64,000 nt of DNA. Source: Entomortierella parvispora E1425. Taxonomy: Eukaryota > Fungi > Mortierellomycota. The stretch covers positions 1,364,001 through 1,428,000 of the forward strand of contig BQFW01000006.1 of assembly GCA_020891255.1 (NCBI GenBank), written 5' to 3'. Of this stretch, positions 61,587-64,000 are shown piece by piece. The notes under the pieces are model-generated. The model was given only the letters and a program-made list of their open reading frames with translations. It did no database searches and had not been told where the DNA came from. The position numbers were made by a program, and so were the translations under genes. Numbering within the stretch: the first letter of the stretch is position 1; each line of letters opens with the position of its first letter.

Positions 61587-63619
61587 TTAAAGGGCTGCGA
61601 ACAAAATGCTGACGACCGACAAAGCTTGAAGAGCCATGACGGTGGTGGAGGGGATAGTCCATGTTGCAGCATTTGCCGTGGAACCACTACCGACAGTGCC
61701 GTTGCTGGAGGTGCCACCAGAGCCCAATTGAGCGAATCCGATGCGGGTTGTTGACGAGCTGAAATCAAAGACGGAATAGACGTTCTTCAGGAAGGCATCG
61801 CCCACCAACCACTGTTCGATCGTCTCTGTCTCCCCTGTTGGGTACATGGCTGCGGAGAGGCAAAAGTTTCCTTGGTCGGTGTTTTGAGCGGTCGATTGAA
61901 TGGCCAACATTGAATAGGGAATTACACCCTTGAAGGTGCCGAATTGGAAGGTTGTGTTTGTGTTTCCAGAGCAAGGTATGAACCAGCCTTGATCCGTCTA
62001 TTAAGAAATACAATGAGGGTTGTAAAACGATCTCCTGGTCAGTATGAACGGAAATAAATCAAAGATCGATCGTCCCACAAGTTGACACTTACATTGACGG
62101 CTCCAGGAATGACGGCGTGGATGGCGTTGGCAACAGTCTCAGGAACAAGCAAAGCCGTCGTACCCGTGTCAATGGCAGCGGTCACTCCAGTAACAGAGAT
62201 CGATGTGTTGCCCACTGTCAAACCACTCACTGGGATCTGGAAAGAAGAAGGACCAAAAGAGAGGCAGTGTTGGTTATGGATGCTCCAATTTTTCCCTTCT
62301 CGAACATAAAAGTTCTCATAGACTTACAGTCCAAGGACGGTCTGAAACACAGTCGACATAGGTGATATTGCCCGAGTAACGAGAAGTGTCCACTCCTCCA
62401 AAAGTGATTTCACCTCCTGGGGCCGTGTTTGTAGTAGCCGTCGAGGTTTCGAGCCAGATTCCAATCATGTTGTTGACCAACGCAGCTGAGCTCTGGAGCA
62501 CGTTCAAAATGGGAACATCACCCTCAGCCGCATAGTACCAGAGTCCCATCAGACCATCCACATCCGCAGGGAACTGTGCATCGTTTTCGGTCACCAACCC
62601 GGCAACGCCAGTGAACTTCAAGGATCCCAAGGTGAATGTTTCCTAAGATGATGAAAGAGACGCAAAGAAGCCGAAAATAAGAGGGATCAGTTTGTTGTCC
62701 TGGTTTCAAGTCATTCTCGACTTGGAAAGAGAATATAGTTCTTACGGAGGCGTAGTTGCCAATGACGCCTTGCCCACTGACATAAGACGCATTGAATCCT
62801 CCATTGCTAATCGGTTTGCACGTTCTATAGAAGAGGATGTGTCAGACTCTGTTGTCTCATACAACAGTGGATCCATTCCAGCAATTGATTTTCTTTTAGC
62901 CTTACGATGACGCTGAGCAGTCAAAACGTGTAGAGTTATCACAACCTGAGCCTGTGCAGTTGCTGGAGGAAATCCAGGTGATTGGGCTGCCTGTATCGAT
63001 GGCCACGTTGAAGGACTGAGGAGGTGTGCCGAGTTGCAATGGAACCGCTGGGTAAGCACAAAAAAAAAAAAAAAAAAAGGGGGGGGGGATCAGTTACGTA
63101 TAACCAACAGTGTAGTAAGACTCTTTTTCCCCTCTTCCTCCAACGTACTGTAGATGACATCGTTTTCGATGTTAGTGAGCGGGCTCGAAGATGACACGCC
63201 ATCACGTTTCTGGAAGTATCGACGGGTCAATGAATTAGCGTTGAGGTGTTTCGGATTTCGCAAGGTCTTGATAGGGACACTACATTGACAGGTGTAACCA
63301 CAAAGGAGAAAAATATAAAGCTGTCAGTTGTATTATTACAACGGGCGGATCAATTTCCAGTGGTGTATATTTCATTATGATTCCAATTCTTCCTGAAGTT
63401 ATTCCTCGATTTTTTTTTTTTTTTTTTTTTGACTCAAAGGTCAGACTTCGCCCAACCGGATATTTTATCTTCCAGGGAGATTGGATTGTGTCCAACGGAG
63501 AGTTCACTGTAGCAGAATGCGATCTGACGTTACGTTGAGACAGTGTTCACGGCTGACACAGCCGTCATTACTGCTGCCGACAGAGCCAAAAGCAAGGGCG
63601 AAGAGTGAAGTATGTACAT
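61587..63619 (-). CDS. Secreted, probably GPI-anchored pepsin-family (A1) aspartic protease
   Basis: Signal exon 63619-63534 (MYILHSSPLLLALSAAVMTAVSA) spliced to VPIKTLRNP. Catalytic VAIDTGS and AAIDTGTT, DGLMGL, WLVGDAFLKNVYSVFD, and a hydrophobic C-terminus after a G/S/T stalk. Confidence 0.92.
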
Positions 63620-64000
63620 GTTGAAGGGGGTGAGAGGGGGGAAAGGGGGTGGATTGAAAGTCGATGGTGTGCAGGATGTCCGTTCGTGTGGTCAGTGGGT
63701 TGTATGACGAAAAAGAGACTGGAGCAGGACGGTGTGTACGAGGGAGGAGGAAAGAGCGAAAGGAACACAGAAGGGGGGTCAACGCTTCTATTTGTATCAT
63801 TTCTGTTTTTTGACCAAAATTTCCGGAAGCAAAGTTACCAGCGTCCACGCGTTGTTGGTTTGCCAAGACGGGAGTTTTACTGGTGGATCATCCGGACGGA
63901 CTTGCACTCATTCGTCAGACGAGCGGCACAGCCGACTTGCGACATCATTGGAACAAATGATGTATACCCTGGTAGGGCAAGAGTAGCGTGCTATCTCGAC

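Overview
Eukaryotic, intron-containing, gene-dense fungal genomic DNA. A Mortierellaceae-like early-diverging fungus is inferred from the intronless F-box/RNI-like genes, short GT-AG introns with CTRAC-type branch points and codon usage; this was not verified. I reconstructed about 25 protein-coding loci, splicing by eye. Recognisable housekeeping or known-family genes: acetyl-CoA synthetase (5'-truncated), HOT/ADHFE1, a TMEM198/DUF4203 protein, scavenger decapping enzyme, AreA/Gat1-type GATA factor, an EamA transporter, Ufe1/syntaxin-18, alanine-glyoxylate aminotransferase, PWI/SRRM1, CTP synthase, GH17 glucanase, Mtg1, a SUN-domain protein, Cmr1/WDR76 and a pepsin-like protease. Between them lie accessory patches: an intronless orphan membrane-protein ORF (1.5-3.8 kb), an F-box/LRR gene with a frameshifted tandem copy and a broken GPI-type gene (36.5-40.5 kb), and a tandem pair of 3CxxC (RTP-like) zinc-domain genes plus a pseudogene (47.8-50.5 kb). 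A four-exon 75-aa microprotein (Mrx7-like) is absent from the ORF track. No rRNA, tRNA, CRISPR array or recognisable transposon was found. Many long ORFs in the track are antisense shadows of real genes. All family assignments come from motif recognition, not database searches.
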